60,268 bases of DNA, taken from positions 1-60,268 of the forward strand of contig DATBJQ010000113.1 of the NCBI GenBank assembly GCA_036556385.1, written 5' to 3'. This document shows, one piece after another, positions 35,589 to 46,608 of the stretch. A model generated the notes under the pieces. The model had not been told where the DNA came from. It was given only the letters and a program-made list of their open reading frames with translations, and ran no database searches. A program made the position numbers and the translations under genes. Each line of letters begins with the position of its first letter. Position 1 is the first letter of the stretch. This stretch comes from Actinomycetota bacterium. Lineage in GTDB: Bacteria; Actinomycetota; UBA4738; HRBIN12.

Positions 35589-37229
35589 GTGAGCGGGCGG
35601 GAGCACGACGTGATCGTGGTCGGCGGTGGCCACAACGGCTTGGCGTGCGCCGCCTACCTGGCGCGCGCCGGCCTCGACGTCCTCGTCCTGGAGCGGCGAG
35701 GGGTCCTGGGCGGCGCCGCCGTGACCGAGGACGCCTGGGACGGGTATCGGATCTCCTCCGCTTCGTACGTCGTGTCGTTGCTCCCGGAGCGGATCGTCGA
35801 CGACCTCGACCTGCGGCAGCACGGGTACCGGGTCTCGATCATCACCCCGGACTACTTCGTGCCGTTCCCCGATGGCTCCTCGCTGACCCTGTGGGGCGAC
35901 GTCGACCGCGACGCCGCGAGCATCGCCGCCCTCAACGAGCGCGACGCCGAGGCGTACGTGGCGTTCGACGCCTACTTCGAACGGGTCGCGGGGCTGCTGC
36001 AGCAGCTCCTCTTCGTCGTCCCGCCGAACCTCCGCGTCCGCGAGCTGGCCGGGTGGCTCCGGACGGGGGCCCGGTTCCGCGGCGGGACCGGTCGCGACCT
36101 GCACGAGATCGTCCGGCTCTTCACGATGAGCGCCGCGGACTTCCTCGACGAATGGTTCGAGGACGAGCGCGTCAAGGGTGCGCTCGCGACGCAGGCGATC
36201 ATCGGAGCGTGGTGCGGTCCGATGACGCCCGGGTCGGCCTACGTCCTGCTCCATCACTGGATCGGGCAGGTCGACGGGCACTTCGGTGCGTGGGGTTGGG
36301 TCCTGGGGGGGATGGGCGGCGTGTCGGCCGCCCTGGCGTCGGCGGCGCGCGCCTCCGGGGCAACGATCCGGACCGACGCCGCCGTCGCGCGCATCGCGAT
36401 CACGTCCGAGGGCCGAGCGGCGGGGGTCGAGCTCGAGGACGGCACGCTGCTCCGCTCGCGGCGGGTGGTGTCCAACGCCCACCCGACCACGACGTACCTG
36501 GACCTGGTGGGGCCCGATCGGCTCCCCGCCGAGGTGGTGCGTGACGTGGAGCGGTACCGGACCCGCAGCGGGTCCGTGAAGGTGAACGTCGGCCTCTCGG
36601 CGCTGCCCACGTTCCCTGCATGGGACCAGGACGGCGAGCTCCATCGGGGATTGATCGCAGTCTCCCCGTCCGTGGCCTACCTGGAGCGCGCCTTCGACGA
36701 CGCGAAGTACGGGAAACCGTCGAAGCGTCCGTACGTGGAGGTGATGTTCCCGACGGCCCACGAGCCGGAGGGCCTCGCCCCGCCGGGCAAGCACGTGATG
36801 ATGGCCTTCACCCAGTACCTGCCGTACGAGACGCCCAACACCGGCCGGACGCGCGACGCCTGGGCGAAGAAGGTCGTCGCCGCGCTCGCGGCGTTCGCGC
36901 CGGATCTGCCCCAGCTCGTGGAGCACGTCGAGGTGCTCACGCCCAGGGATCTCGAGGAGCGGTTCGGACTCCTCGGCGGCAACATCATGCAGGGCGAGCT
37001 CACGCCCGATCAGATGTTCTCGTTCCGACCGATCCCCGGGTACGGGGACCACCGAACACCCGTGGCCGGTCTCTACCTCTGCGGGGGCGGCACCCATCCG
37101 GGGGGCGGCGTGATGGGCGTGCCGGGACGGAACGCCGCGACCGTGATCCTTCGCGACGCCCGCCGGTCTCGCGTGACCGGCCCGGCCGCGCGCGCCGTGG
37201 ATCGGGTGCGCGACCACCTCGGGCTCTGA
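35589..37229 (+). CDS. phytoene-desaturase-family (CrtI-like) FAD-dependent oxidoreductase (paralogue of 21778..23400)
   Basis: In-frame GTG 35589 ([42 protein letters not shown]) mirrors the paralogue N-terminus. GTG 35535 is the alternative start and would overlap the MFS gene. C-terminal GLYLCGGGTHPGGGVMGVPG. Confidence 0.85.
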   Translation: MSGREHDVIVVGGGHNGLACAAYLARAGLDVLVLERRGVLGGAAVTEDAWDGYRISSASYVVSLLPERIVDDLDLRQHGYRVSIITPDYFVPFPDGSSLTLWGDVDRDAASIAALNERDAEAYVAFDAYFERVAGLLQQLLFVVPPNLRVRELAGWLRTGARFRGGTGRDLHEIVRLFTMSAADFLDEWFEDERVKGALATQAIIGAWCGPMTPGSAYVLLHHWIGQVDGHFGAWGWVLGGMGGVSAALASAARASGATIRTDAAVARIAITSEGRAAGVELEDGTLLRSRRVVSNAHPTTTYLDLVGPDRLPAEVVRDVERYRTRSGSVKVNVGLSALPTFPAWDQDGELHRGLIAVSPSVAYLERAFDDAKYGKPSKRPYVEVMFPTAHEPEGLAPPGKHVMMAFTQYLPYETPNTGRTRDAWAKKVVAALAAFAPDLPQLVEHVEVLTPRDLEERFGLLGGNIMQGELTPDQMFSFRPIPGYGDHRTPVAGLYLCGGGTHPGGGVMGVPGRNAATVILRDARRSRVTGPAARAVDRVRDHLGL

Positions 37230-37231
37230 GC

Positions 37232-37966
37232 ATGCCCGCCCCATGGGAGGGCTGGTGGGACGAGATGTTCGCGTCCCCGGCCTGGCAGGCGGTGCAACTG
37301 GCGTGGGAGGACGCGGAGGACGCCGACGATCAGGTGGACCGCGTCGAGCGAGCGCTCCGGCTCGAACCCGGGATGCACGTGCTGGACGTGCCGTGCGGCA
37401 CCGGCAGGATCGCGCGCCGTCTGGCCGCCCGGGGGTACACGGTCGTGGGGGTCGATCTGACCGAGCGGTTCCTCGAGGAGGGACGCGCCCGTGGCGGTGG
37501 CGTCCGGTACGTGCACGGGGACATGCGGGACCTGCCGCTGCGCCCCGTCTTCGATGCGGCGGTGTGCCTGTGGGGCTCCTTCGCGTACTTCGACGACGAG
37601 GGGAACCTCGCGCAGGCCGCCTCCGTCGCGCGGGCGCTCCGCCCGGGCGGCCGGTTCCTGGTGGATGCGCTGAGCCACGACGCGATCGAGATCGGCTTCC
37701 GGGAGCGCGACGCGTACGTGGTGGGCGACACCGCGGTCGAGGAGCGGCGCGTGTGGAACGGCGCCGAGGGCCGGATCGACACGACCTGGACCTTCGAGCG
37801 CGCCGGCGAGCGGACGGTGCTCGGATCGTCGATGCGCCTCTACACGCTCGACGAGCTCACCGACCTCCTCGCGCGAGCGGGGTTCCGATCCTTCGAGGCG
37901 CGGGACGACGCCCTGGACCCGTTCGAGCCGGCCGCGACGCGCCTGTGGCTCCTCGCGACGGTCTGA
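37232..37966 (+). CDS. class I SAM-dependent methyltransferase
   Basis: ATG 37232, 2 nt after the upstream stop. Motif I VLDVPCGTGRIARRLAARG; LRPGGRFLV. Confidence 0.8.
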   Translation: MPAPWEGWWDEMFASPAWQAVQLAWEDAEDADDQVDRVERALRLEPGMHVLDVPCGTGRIARRLAARGYTVVGVDLTERFLEEGRARGGGVRYVHGDMRDLPLRPVFDAAVCLWGSFAYFDDEGNLAQAASVARALRPGGRFLVDALSHDAIEIGFRERDAYVVGDTAVEERRVWNGAEGRIDTTWTFERAGERTVLGSSMRLYTLDELTDLLARAGFRSFEARDDALDPFEPAATRLWLLATV

Positions 37967-37975
37967 CGCCTCCGC

Positions 37976-38797
37976 TCAGCCGCTCCCCAGGTCACGCCGG
38001 TCGAAGGTCACGCGCGCCACCAAGTAGGCGAAGAGCGGGATCGCCGCCAGCACCACGACGTTCCGCCACGTCGTGCCATCCGCCAGGGGCTGCGGCTCGC
38101 CGAACCAGCGGAACGGCGAGAGCGGCTCGACGGGGGCGAGCGCGTCCACCGTGGAGCCGAGCGCCCACACGAGGTACGACAGGATCGCGATCGCGGACGT
38201 GACACCGAGCGCCAGCCCCCGACGGCCCGTGGCGGCCCCGATCGCGAGGGCGATCATCCCGAAGCCGATCGCGAGCAGCGCCTGCAGGATGTGGACGGCG
38301 GCGAGGTGTTCGATACCTACCGTGAGGTCGAGCGGTGGGCCGGACACCCACAGCACGACGAAGAGCACGATCGTGAGGAGGGCGACTCCGGCGATCATCG
38401 CCAGCGCCTTGTCGCGGACGACCGTGCGGCGCCGCAGCGGCGTCGAGAGCACCACGTCCAGCGTGCCGGACTCCTCCTCCCCGGCGATGCCCCGCGCCCC
38501 GGCGCCGATCGCGTACACGAGGAAGGCGATCGGGCCGATCGAGCTGAACAGTTGGCTCCAGAGGTAGCCGTCCGGGGACGTGAAGTCCACCCCGAAGATC
38601 TGCTTCAGGGCCTCGGGCATCTGGTCCACGTAGTCCTGGAAGCTCGCGCCGCTGTCCCGCACGCTGGGGTACAGCGCCGCCAGGAGGAGCGCGGTGACCG
38701 CGATCGCGAGCATCCACCACAGGAGGGCCCTGCGCTGGATCAGCAGCGTCAGGCGGAGCAGTGCCCCGGGCGACGGGCGCACGGCGACCTCGCTCAC
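37976..38797 (-). CDS. ABC-2 type transporter permease
   Basis: GTG 38797 overlaps the ATPase stop (GTGA). Six hydrophobic segments. 273 aa. Confidence 0.8.
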   Translation of the reverse strand: MSEVAVRPSPGALLRLTLLIQRRALLWWMLAIAVTALLLAALYPSVRDSGASFQDYVDQMPEALKQIFGVDFTSPDGYLWSQLFSSIGPIAFLVYAIGAGARGIAGEEESGTLDVVLSTPLRRRTVVRDKALAMIAGVALLTIVLFVVLWVSGPPLDLTVGIEHLAAVHILQALLAIGFGMIALAIGAATGRRGLALGVTSAIAILSYLVWALGSTVDALAPVEPLSPFRWFGEPQPLADGTTWRNVVVLAAIPLFAYLVARVTFDRRDLGSG

Positions 38798-39750
38798 GGG
38801 GCGGTCACTCCCTCCGAGCCGTCGCGATAGAGCGTCAGGAAGATGTCCTCCAGGCTGGCCTCCTCACTCACCACGTTCACGACGTTGTGGCGCGCCGCCT
38901 CCTTGATCACCTCGTCGAGCGGCCCGCGGACGGTGAGCCGGACCCGGTCGCCGTGCTGCTCCGCACGCTCGACCGACGCGAGCGAGGCGAACGACTCCGC
39001 TCCCACGGGCCGATCGAAGTGCAGCTCGAGCCACCGCAGCGCGTGCGTCTTGAGCTCTTCGACGTCCGAGACGGTGATCAGGCGGCCCTCGCGGATGATC
39101 GCCACCCGATCGCAGACGCGCTCGACCTCGGGCAGGACGTGCGAGCTGAGGAAGGTCGTGCCACCCCGTGCGCGCGTCTCGTCGAGCATCGCGGCGAACT
39201 CCTGCTGGACCAGCGGGTCGAGGCCCTGGGTCGGCTCGTCCAGGATCAGGAGCCGGGGTTCGTGCATGAAGGCCTGCAGCAGCCCGACCTTCTGCCGGTT
39301 CCCGTGCGACAACGACCTGATCCGGCGGCCGAGGTCGAGCCGGAGGCGAGCCGCCAGGGCGTCGACCCGCTCCCACGGGATGCCGTTGCCGCGGAACGAC
39401 GCGAACGCGCGCAGGTACTCCTGGCCCGTGAGGCGCTCGTACAACGTGAGATCGCCGGGCAGGAACCCCACGTGCGTATGGATCCGAGGTGCGTCCCTCC
39501 GGGCGTCGAGGCCGAAGATCCGGACCGCTCCCGAGGTCGGCCTGATCAGGTCGAGCATCGTCCGGATCGTGGTCGTCTTGCCGGCGCCGTTGGGGCCCAG
39601 GTAGCCGAACACCTCGCCGCGCCGGACGGAGAACGACAGATCCTCGATCCCGCGTGTCGCCCCGTACGCGTGCGTGAGGTGGTCCGCCTCGATCACGGCG
39701 GCGTCCTCGGACCCTGGCGTCGGTGCGGGGGAGGTGGACGTTGACACCAC
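38794..39750 (-). CDS. ABC transporter ATP-binding protein (ABC-2 / DrrA-like)
   Basis: Walker A GPNGAGKTTT, signature LSHGNRQKVGLL, Walker B LLILDEPTQGLD. Start (GTG 39750) is uncertain. Confidence 0.85.
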   Translation of the reverse strand: MVSTSTSPAPTPGSEDAAVIEADHLTHAYGATRGIEDLSFSVRRGEVFGYLGPNGAGKTTTIRTMLDLIRPTSGAVRIFGLDARRDAPRIHTHVGFLPGDLTLYERLTGQEYLRAFASFRGNGIPWERVDALAARLRLDLGRRIRSLSHGNRQKVGLLQAFMHEPRLLILDEPTQGLDPLVQQEFAAMLDETRARGGTTFLSSHVLPEVERVCDRVAIIREGRLITVSDVEELKTHALRWLELHFDRPVGAESFASLASVERAEQHGDRVRLTVRGPLDEVIKEAARHNVVNVVSEEASLEDIFLTLYRDGSEGVTAP

Positions 39751-39776
39751 GTGTCCAGCCTAGGACGAGCGCTCGG

Positions 39777-41198
39777 TCACCGCCCGAGCTCGTAGCCGAG
39801 CCGACGAGGGAGCCGGGCGAGGAGCCGCGTGAGCGGGTCGGTGCGCCGTCCGGCGTCCGCGGCACGGTCGGAGCGGACGATCGCGCCCTGGACCACCGCC
39901 GCGCCGACCGAGCGGAGGGGCTCCGGCGGGAACCGTGGTGGCTCGCGCCCGACGAGGGGCAGCGTCGTGTGCTCGTCCTCGACGCCTCGGACCAGCCCGG
40001 CGAGGATCCTGCCGCCCAGGTGCGTGGGTCCCACACCGCCTCCCGTGAAGCCCGCCGCCACGTGCAGGGCGCGGCCGGGCAGCGTGGTGAAGAACGGGAG
40101 GTGCGCGGGCGTGACGTCGATCGGCCCGCCCCAGGCCGCCTCGATCCGGACGTCGGAGAAGGAGGGGAAGAAGCGACGGAAGTCCTCGACGAGCGCGTCG
40201 ATCGAGCGGGCATCGAACCGAAGGCGCGGACCCAGGCCGACCCCGAGCCCGGCGGTCGAGGCGGCCGCCCCGAAGGCCACCCGTCCGTCGGGGGTGGGAC
40301 GCAGGTAATGCAGGGCCGTGCGCCAGTCGGCCAGGCCCTCCCCCGCCGTCCATCCGATCTCCGCGAGGCGGTCGGGGGACGGCTCCGTGATCAGCAGGTA
40401 CGAGCCACGGGGGACGATCGCGCGTCGGTAGGGGCCGAGGCTTGCGGTCCAGGCTCCCAGCCCCAGCACGCCGTGCTCGGCGGTGACGCTGCCCTCCGTG
40501 GTTCGGATCCGGACCGGCGGACCCGCCGAGAGCCGGGTCGCCGGGGTCCGCTCGTGGATCCGCACGCCGCGGTCGAGCAGCTCGCGGCGCAGGCCCAGGG
40601 CGAGGCGCGCGGGCTGCACCAGGGCGTTGCCCGGTTGCAGAAGCCCCGCCCCGAACACCGGGAGGTCCACCCGTTCGCGGACGGCCGCGGCCGTCAGCTC
40701 GACGAACCGCTCGCCAACGCCGAGCCGGTTCCCCACCTCCACGAGCTCGCGCCACGCGCCGTCCTGCTCGGGGGAGCTCGCCGCCGTGAGATGCCCCGGG
40801 CGCGCGTACCACGCGTCGACGCGATGCTCGTCGAGCCACACGCCGATCTCGGTCACCGAACGCTCGACGACCTCACACACGCGGACCGCGTCCTCGTCGC
40901 CGAACCGGCGCACGAGGCCGGGCAGGTCGTCCCACAGGCCGGAGCAGAAACCGCCGTTGCGCCCGGAGGGTCCGCTGCCGCAGAGCTCGTCCGCCTCCAG
41001 CAGGATCACGTCCAGTCCCGGATCCGCCTCCTTCAGGAACCACGCGGTCCATAGGCCCGTGTAGCCGCCGCCGACGATCACGACGTCCGCGTGCGTCGAG
41101 CTCGAGAGCGGATCGGTGGGGTCGGCGGCGAGCTCCGGATCGGCACGCGCCTCCTCGAGCCACCAGGAGCCGCGCGCCTGGCGGAGGGATCCGGTCAC
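39777..41198 (-). CDS. FAD-dependent oxidoreductase (DAO family; PuuB/OrdL-like)
   Basis: GTG 41198 overlaps the stop of the upstream paralogue (GTGA). Motifs [37 protein letters not shown]. The 5' 326 aa of track ORF 39777..42176 are off-frame. Confidence 0.85.
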   Translation of the reverse strand: MTGSLRQARGSWWLEEARADPELAADPTDPLSSSTHADVVIVGGGYTGLWTAWFLKEADPGLDVILLEADELCGSGPSGRNGGFCSGLWDDLPGLVRRFGDEDAVRVCEVVERSVTEIGVWLDEHRVDAWYARPGHLTAASSPEQDGAWRELVEVGNRLGVGERFVELTAAAVRERVDLPVFGAGLLQPGNALVQPARLALGLRRELLDRGVRIHERTPATRLSAGPPVRIRTTEGSVTAEHGVLGLGAWTASLGPYRRAIVPRGSYLLITEPSPDRLAEIGWTAGEGLADWRTALHYLRPTPDGRVAFGAAASTAGLGVGLGPRLRFDARSIDALVEDFRRFFPSFSDVRIEAAWGGPIDVTPAHLPFFTTLPGRALHVAAGFTGGGVGPTHLGGRILAGLVRGVEDEHTTLPLVGREPPRFPPEPLRSVGAAVVQGAIVRSDRAADAGRRTDPLTRLLARLPRRLGYELGR

Positions 41199-42652
41199 GA
41201 CGGGCCGAGGTTGTAGCCCAGCCGGCGCGGGAGCTTCGCGACGAAGTCCGTGAACGGGTTCGGCTCCTCGCCGGCGTCCTGGGCCCGGTCGCGGCGGACG
41301 ATCGCATGGTTCGCGACCAGCACCCCGGGGGAGCGGATCGGCTCCGGCGGGAACCGGCGCGGCTCCAGGTCCACGATCGGCAGGTCGAGGACGTCGTCGT
41401 GGCGACCCAACGCGCGGTGCGCGAGGATCCGGCCGCCGAGGTGCGCGGGCCCGACGCCGTTGCCCGTGTAACCGAACCCGTAGTGCACCGTCCCGGTCTC
41501 GTAGCTGCCGAAGAACGGCAGATGGAGGCCGCTGACGTCGATCGGCCCCCCCCAGCCGGCCTCGATCGGGACGTCGGCGAACGACGGGAACATCCGGTGC
41601 AGGTCGCCGATCGCCACCCGCAGTGCCTCCGGGTCGTACGCGTAGCGAGGATCGATGTGCCGGGCCAGGTTCGGCTGCATGCCCCCGATCCCGAACGCGA
41701 TCCGGCCGTCGGGCGTCCGGCGCAGGTAGTGGATCGCCGCGCGGAGGTCGGCCACGCCCAGTCCATCCGTCCACCCCAGCTCCTCGAGCCTCCCGGGAGC
41801 CGGCGCGGTCATCACGATGTACGAGCCGCGGACGGTCAGCACGCGGCGGAACCGACGCCAGTGCTTCGCCCAGGCGTTCACGGCGAGCACGGCCGACCCC
41901 GCGCGGACCGTTCCGGTCGCCGTCTCGGCGACCACGGGGCTCCCGGCACCGAAGCGCGTCACGTGCGTGCCCTCGTGGATCCGGACCCCGTGCTCCATCA
42001 CCACCCGCCGGAGTCCCCGGGCGAGCCTCGCGGGATGCACCGTGGCGCCGTCGGCCGTGATCACGCCGCCGTGGAAGACGGGGGACGCGATCCGATCGCG
42101 GACCTCCCGGCTGCCGAGCACCTCGATCCGATGGGACAGACCGAGCCGATCCATCGTGATCACCTGGTCGGCCCACCGGCCGACCTGGGCCTCCGACGTC
42201 GCGACGTCCAGTAGCCCATCGGGCCGGAACCAGGCGTCGATCCCGTGGTCCTCGCAGAAGGCGCCGATCGCGTGGACGGATGCCTCGCCCGACTCGCAGA
42301 GCCGGACCGCGTCACCGTCTCCGAACCGGTCGCAGAGCTCCGGGAGGTCACCCCAGAAGGAGTTCACGAACCCGCCGTTGCGCCCGCTCGGGCCGCCGCC
42401 GCAGATGTCCTGGTCGAGCAGCACCACGTCCACGCCTGGATCGAGCTGGCGGAGGAACCACGCGGTCCAGAGGCCCGTGTAGCCCCCGCCGACGATCAGG
42501 ACGTCCGCGGTGGTGTCGCCGGCCAGCGGCTCCGCCGGCTCGCCCACCAACTCGGGTTGGGCGAGGGCCTCCCGCAACCACCAGCTGCGGCCGTGATCGG
42601 GGGGCACCGGGAGCGAGGGATCCGGTGGTGAGGTCGTGGCGGCGTCGGTCAT
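41195..42652 (-). CDS. FAD-dependent oxidoreductase (DAO family; tandem paralogue)
   Basis: 485 aa. Motifs [37 protein letters not shown]. Colinear with 39777..41198. Confidence 0.85.
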   Translation of the reverse strand: MTDAATTSPPDPSLPVPPDHGRSWWLREALAQPELVGEPAEPLAGDTTADVLIVGGGYTGLWTAWFLRQLDPGVDVVLLDQDICGGGPSGRNGGFVNSFWGDLPELCDRFGDGDAVRLCESGEASVHAIGAFCEDHGIDAWFRPDGLLDVATSEAQVGRWADQVITMDRLGLSHRIEVLGSREVRDRIASPVFHGGVITADGATVHPARLARGLRRVVMEHGVRIHEGTHVTRFGAGSPVVAETATGTVRAGSAVLAVNAWAKHWRRFRRVLTVRGSYIVMTAPAPGRLEELGWTDGLGVADLRAAIHYLRRTPDGRIAFGIGGMQPNLARHIDPRYAYDPEALRVAIGDLHRMFPSFADVPIEAGWGGPIDVSGLHLPFFGSYETGTVHYGFGYTGNGVGPAHLGGRILAHRALGRHDDVLDLPIVDLEPRRFPPEPIRSPGVLVANHAIVRRDRAQDAGEEPNPFTDFVAKLPRRLGYNLGPS

Positions 42653-42803
42653 CGGCGGCGGGTCTCGTGGTCCCGCGGGAGTCTACGGCCCAGTCGATCG
42701 GCGGGACCGTCGGCGGGGCCGTCGGCGGGGGGCCGTCACCGGGGTCGGCGTGCGAGCGGGGTTGCTACCGTGGATGCCCGCGCCCGAGCACGGAACGAGG
42801 GAG

Positions 42804-44486
42804 ATGATGGCCGGCGGTTCGAAGCGTCCCCGCAGCTGGGAGGTGACCGAGGGGCCGCATCGTGCGCCGGCGCGTGCGTACCTCCGCGCGGTCGGCTTCG
42901 GCGAGGACGACTTCGACAAGCCGCAGGTGGCCGTCGCCTCGTCGTGGAACGAGGTCACGCCCTGCAACTACCACCTGGACAAGCTCGCGGCCCTGGCGAA
43001 GGAGGGCGTGCGGCAGGGCGACGCGGTTCCGATCGAGTTCACGACGATCGCCGTCTCCGACGGCATCGCGATGGGCCACGAGGGGATGAAGGCGTCCCTG
43101 ATGTCGCGCGACCTGATCGCGGATTCCGTGGAGCTGGTGATGCACGCCGAGCGTCTCGACGCTCTCGTGGGGATCGCGGGGTGCGACAAGTCCGAGCCCG
43201 GCATGTTGATGGCGATGGCGCGCCTGGACCTGCCGTCCGTCTACCTGTACGGCGGGACGATCCTGCCCGGCACGTACGCGGGACGTGACATCACGATCCA
43301 GGACGTGTTCGAGGCGGTGGGCGCGCACGCGAGGGGCTCGATGGACGACGACGAGCTCCTGGCGATCGAACGGGCGGCGTGCCCGACGACGGGGTCCTGT
43401 GCCGGCATGTACACGGCGAACACGATGGCCGCGGTGGGGGAGGCGCTCGGGATGTCTTTGCCCGGCTCGGCCTCCCCGCCCGCCGTCGACTACCGGCGCG
43501 AGGTGGCCGCGCGCGAGAGCGGTCTGGCCGTCACGCGGGTGCTGGAGCGCGACCTTCGGCCGCGGCGGATCATGACGAGGGAGGCGTTCGAGAACGCGAT
43601 CTCGGTCGTGATGGCGATCGCGGGCTCGACGAACGCCGTCCTCCACCTGCTGGCGATCGCCCGGGAGGCGCACGTCGATCTCGTGCTCGATGACTTCGAT
43701 CGGATCGGCCGCTCCGTGCCGCACCTGGTGGACGTGCGTCCGGCGGGCCGGTTCGTGATGAGCGACCTCGACCGCGTCGGCGGCGTCCCGGTCGTGCTGC
43801 GGGAGCTCCTCGACCTGGGTCTGCTCCACGGGGACTGCCTGACGGTCACGGGACGCACGCTGGCCGAGAACCTGGAGGAGCTCGACCCGCCGGCCCCCGA
43901 CGGTGACGTGGTCCGAGCGGCGTCGGATCCGATCCATCCGGACGGCGGCATCGCGGTGCTCCGCGGCTCGCTCGCGCCCGACGGCGCGGTGATGAAGATC
44001 GCCGGCGCCGCCTCGCTGGCGTTCCACGGGCGGGCGCGCCCCTTCGATTCCGAGCACGCGGCGTTCGAGGCCGTGACCAGGGGCGCGATCGCGCCCGGCG
44101 ACGTCATCGTGATCCGCTACGAAGGACCCAAGGGGTCTCCGGGGATGCCGGAGATGCTGGCCGTGACGGCCGCCGTCGCCGGCGCTGGGCTGGGGAAAGA
44201 CGTCGCGCTGATCACCGACGGGCGGTTCAGCGGCGCCACGAAGGGCTATTCGGTGGGCCACGTCGCCCCGGAGGCGTTCGTCGGCGGGCCGATCGCGCTC
44301 GTGCGCGAGGGGGACGAGATCGTGATCGACGCGGCGAACCGGGAGCTGCGGCTCGCGGTCTCCGACGAGGAGCTCGACCGCCGCCGTGCCGACTGGGCTC
44401 AGCCCGCGCCCCGGTACGAGCAGGGGGCCCTCGCCAAGTACGCCCGGGCCGTCGGGTCCGCCGACACGGGGGCGACCACATGGTGA
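42804..44486 (+). CDS. ilvD: dihydroxy-acid dehydratase
   Basis: ATG 42804 follows GAGGGAG (alternative ATG 42774). Motifs [61 protein letters not shown]. Confidence 0.9.
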   Translation: MMAGGSKRPRSWEVTEGPHRAPARAYLRAVGFGEDDFDKPQVAVASSWNEVTPCNYHLDKLAALAKEGVRQGDAVPIEFTTIAVSDGIAMGHEGMKASLMSRDLIADSVELVMHAERLDALVGIAGCDKSEPGMLMAMARLDLPSVYLYGGTILPGTYAGRDITIQDVFEAVGAHARGSMDDDELLAIERAACPTTGSCAGMYTANTMAAVGEALGMSLPGSASPPAVDYRREVAARESGLAVTRVLERDLRPRRIMTREAFENAISVVMAIAGSTNAVLHLLAIAREAHVDLVLDDFDRIGRSVPHLVDVRPAGRFVMSDLDRVGGVPVVLRELLDLGLLHGDCLTVTGRTLAENLEELDPPAPDGDVVRAASDPIHPDGGIAVLRGSLAPDGAVMKIAGAASLAFHGRARPFDSEHAAFEAVTRGAIAPGDVIVIRYEGPKGSPGMPEMLAVTAAVAGAGLGKDVALITDGRFSGATKGYSVGHVAPEAFVGGPIALVREGDEIVIDAANRELRLAVSDEELDRRRADWAQPAPRYEQGALAKYARAVGSADTGATTW

Positions 44487-45727
44487 CGCGCACCGCGGCG
44501 ATCGAGAACCCGGCTGCGCTCCAGTGCCGGATCTGCGGCTGCCAGTACGCGGTTGAGCCGCTGACGATCTGCGAGGAATGCTTCGGCCCGCTCGAGCCCG
44601 CCTACGACCTGCATTCGATCGACGGAGACGAGTTCCGCGCACACACGGAGGCCGGACCCCCGTCGTTGTGGCGCTACGACCGGCTGCTGCCCGGGGGGCC
44701 GGGGGTCGAGCGCGTCGATCTGGGAGCCGGGTTCACGCCGCTGCGCAGGGCGGACCGGCTCGCCGCCGTGCTCGGCCTGCAAGCCCTGTGGATCAAGGAC
44801 GACTCCGTCAACCCGTCGAACTCGTTCAAGGACCGCGTCGTGACGGTCGCGATCTCGATGGCGCGCGCGTTCGGCTTCGAGGCGATCAGCTGCGCGTCCA
44901 CCGGGAACCTGGCGAACGCGACCGCCGCGCATGCCGCGAAGGCGGGGATGCCTTGCTACGTGTTCGTGCCCGACGACCTGGAGCGGGCGAAGATCCTGGC
45001 CACCGAGGCGTACGGAGCGAAGGTCGTCGCCGTCAAGGGCACCTACGACGACGTGAACCGCTTGTGCAGCGAGGTCGCCGACGCGCTCCCGTGGGCGTTC
45101 GTCAACGTCAACATGCGTCCGTATTACGCGGAGGGGTCGAAGTCGCTCGGGTTCGAGGTCGCGGAGCAGCTCGGCTGGCGGCTCCCGGACCACGTCGTGG
45201 TGCCGATCGCGTCCGGCGCCCTGCTGACGAAGATCCACCGGGCCTTCAGCGAGCTGATCGCGGTGGGCGCGGTCGACGAGCAGCGGTACCGCGTGAGCGG
45301 CGCCCAGGCGGAGGGCTGCAGCCCGGTGGCCCAGGCCTTCCGCGACGGGGCCGACGAGGTGCACCCGGTGAAGCCCCACACGATCGCGCGCTCGCTTGCG
45401 ATCGGGAACCCGGCCGACGGCATGTTCGCGCTGCAGGTGAGCCGGCAGACGGGTGGTGCGATCGAATGGTGCACGGAGCGCGAGATCCTCGAGGGGATCG
45501 AGCTGCTCGCCTCCACGGAAGGCATCTTCACCGAGACCGCCGGCGGCGTGACGATCGCGAACCTCAAGCGGCTGGTCGAGCAGGGGGTGATCCTCCCCCA
45601 CGAGGAGACGGTCGCCTTCATCACGGGCAACGGCTACAAGACGGTGGAGGCCCTGGAGGGGTACGTCGAGCCCAGCTATCACGTCGCCCCCGACCTCGAC
45701 CGGTTCCTGGACGCGCTCGAGGACTGA
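44480..45727 (+). CDS. thrC: threonine synthase (long form with N-terminal Cys4 zinc ribbon)
   Basis: ATG 44480 overlaps the ilvD 3' end by 7 nt. Motifs CRICGCQY...CEECFGPL and NPSNSFKDR (PLP lysine). 415 aa. Confidence 0.8.
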   Translation: MVTRTAAIENPAALQCRICGCQYAVEPLTICEECFGPLEPAYDLHSIDGDEFRAHTEAGPPSLWRYDRLLPGGPGVERVDLGAGFTPLRRADRLAAVLGLQALWIKDDSVNPSNSFKDRVVTVAISMARAFGFEAISCASTGNLANATAAHAAKAGMPCYVFVPDDLERAKILATEAYGAKVVAVKGTYDDVNRLCSEVADALPWAFVNVNMRPYYAEGSKSLGFEVAEQLGWRLPDHVVVPIASGALLTKIHRAFSELIAVGAVDEQRYRVSGAQAEGCSPVAQAFRDGADEVHPVKPHTIARSLAIGNPADGMFALQVSRQTGGAIEWCTEREILEGIELLASTEGIFTETAGGVTIANLKRLVEQGVILPHEETVAFITGNGYKTVEALEGYVEPSYHVAPDLDRFLDALED

Positions 45728-45729
45728 GC

Positions 45730-46533
45730 TCAGCGGGCTGCGGCCCACCACCGCCGGCCGCGGCGGCCGACCTCCAACCCGAACCCGAAGGTCTCACTGA
45801 GCGCGTCCGAGGTCAGGGTCGCGTCGACCGGGCCGAGCGACACCACGGCGCCGCGCCGGAGCAGGAGCGCGTGGGTCGTCGAGGGCGGAACCTCTTCCAG
45901 ATGGTGGGTGGCCATGATCATCGTCGGCGCCTCCGGTCGCCCGAGGGCCGTCTCGAGCGACGAGACGAGGTGCTCGCGCGCCGGGAGGTCCAGCCCGGCG
46001 GCCGGCTCGTCCATCACCAGCAGCTCCGGACGGCCGAAGAGGGCGCGCGCGAGGATGACCCGTTGGCGTTCGCCCTGGCTGCACGACTCGATCGTCCGGT
46101 CGGCCAGCGGGGTGCAGCCCACATCCTCGAGCACCTCGGCCGCCCGGGCGCGATCGTCGTCGTCGAAGCGACGGAGCCACGTGACCAGGCCGGCGTCGCG
46201 CCCCGACAGGACCACGTCGAGCACGCGCATCCCGCCCGGCATCCGTTCGGTGAGCGCGTGGCTCGCGTGCCCGATGCGGGGATGGAGGGCGCGGATGTCC
46301 GTGGCGCCCAGGACGGCGCCCAGGATCTCGGCCCGCCCCCGCGTCGGCTGCCGGCGGGCGCCCACCACCGACAGGAGCGTCGTCTTGCCGCCGCCGTTCG
46401 GTCCCAGCACGACCCAGCGCTGACCGCGATCGACGCGGAGGTCGACCGGTCCGAGGATCGTGCTCCCGCTCGCCCGGACCTCGACGCCGGCGAGCCGAAC
46501 GACCGCGTCGAGCACCTCGGTCGGCTCCTCCAT
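45730..46533 (-). CDS. stand-alone ABC ATP-binding protein (no adjacent permease)
   Basis: True start is ATG 46533 (MEEPTEVLDAVVRL). Walker A GPNGGGKTTLL, signature CSQGERQRVILA, Walker B LLVMDEPAAGLD. The rest of the 946-aa track ORF is antisense to GH15. Confidence 0.8.
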   Translation of the reverse strand: MEEPTEVLDAVVRLAGVEVRASGSTILGPVDLRVDRGQRWVVLGPNGGGKTTLLSVVGARRQPTRGRAEILGAVLGATDIRALHPRIGHASHALTERMPGGMRVLDVVLSGRDAGLVTWLRRFDDDDRARAAEVLEDVGCTPLADRTIESCSQGERQRVILARALFGRPELLVMDEPAAGLDLPAREHLVSSLETALGRPEAPTMIMATHHLEEVPPSTTHALLLRRGAVVSLGPVDATLTSDALSETFGFGLEVGRRGRRWWAAAR

Positions 46534-46608
46534 GGGGGCCGACGATACCGGCGGATCGACCGCGCGAAGCGTTCGGTCCGGCCGGTCGCGTCCGGTAGCC
46601 TCCCCCTG

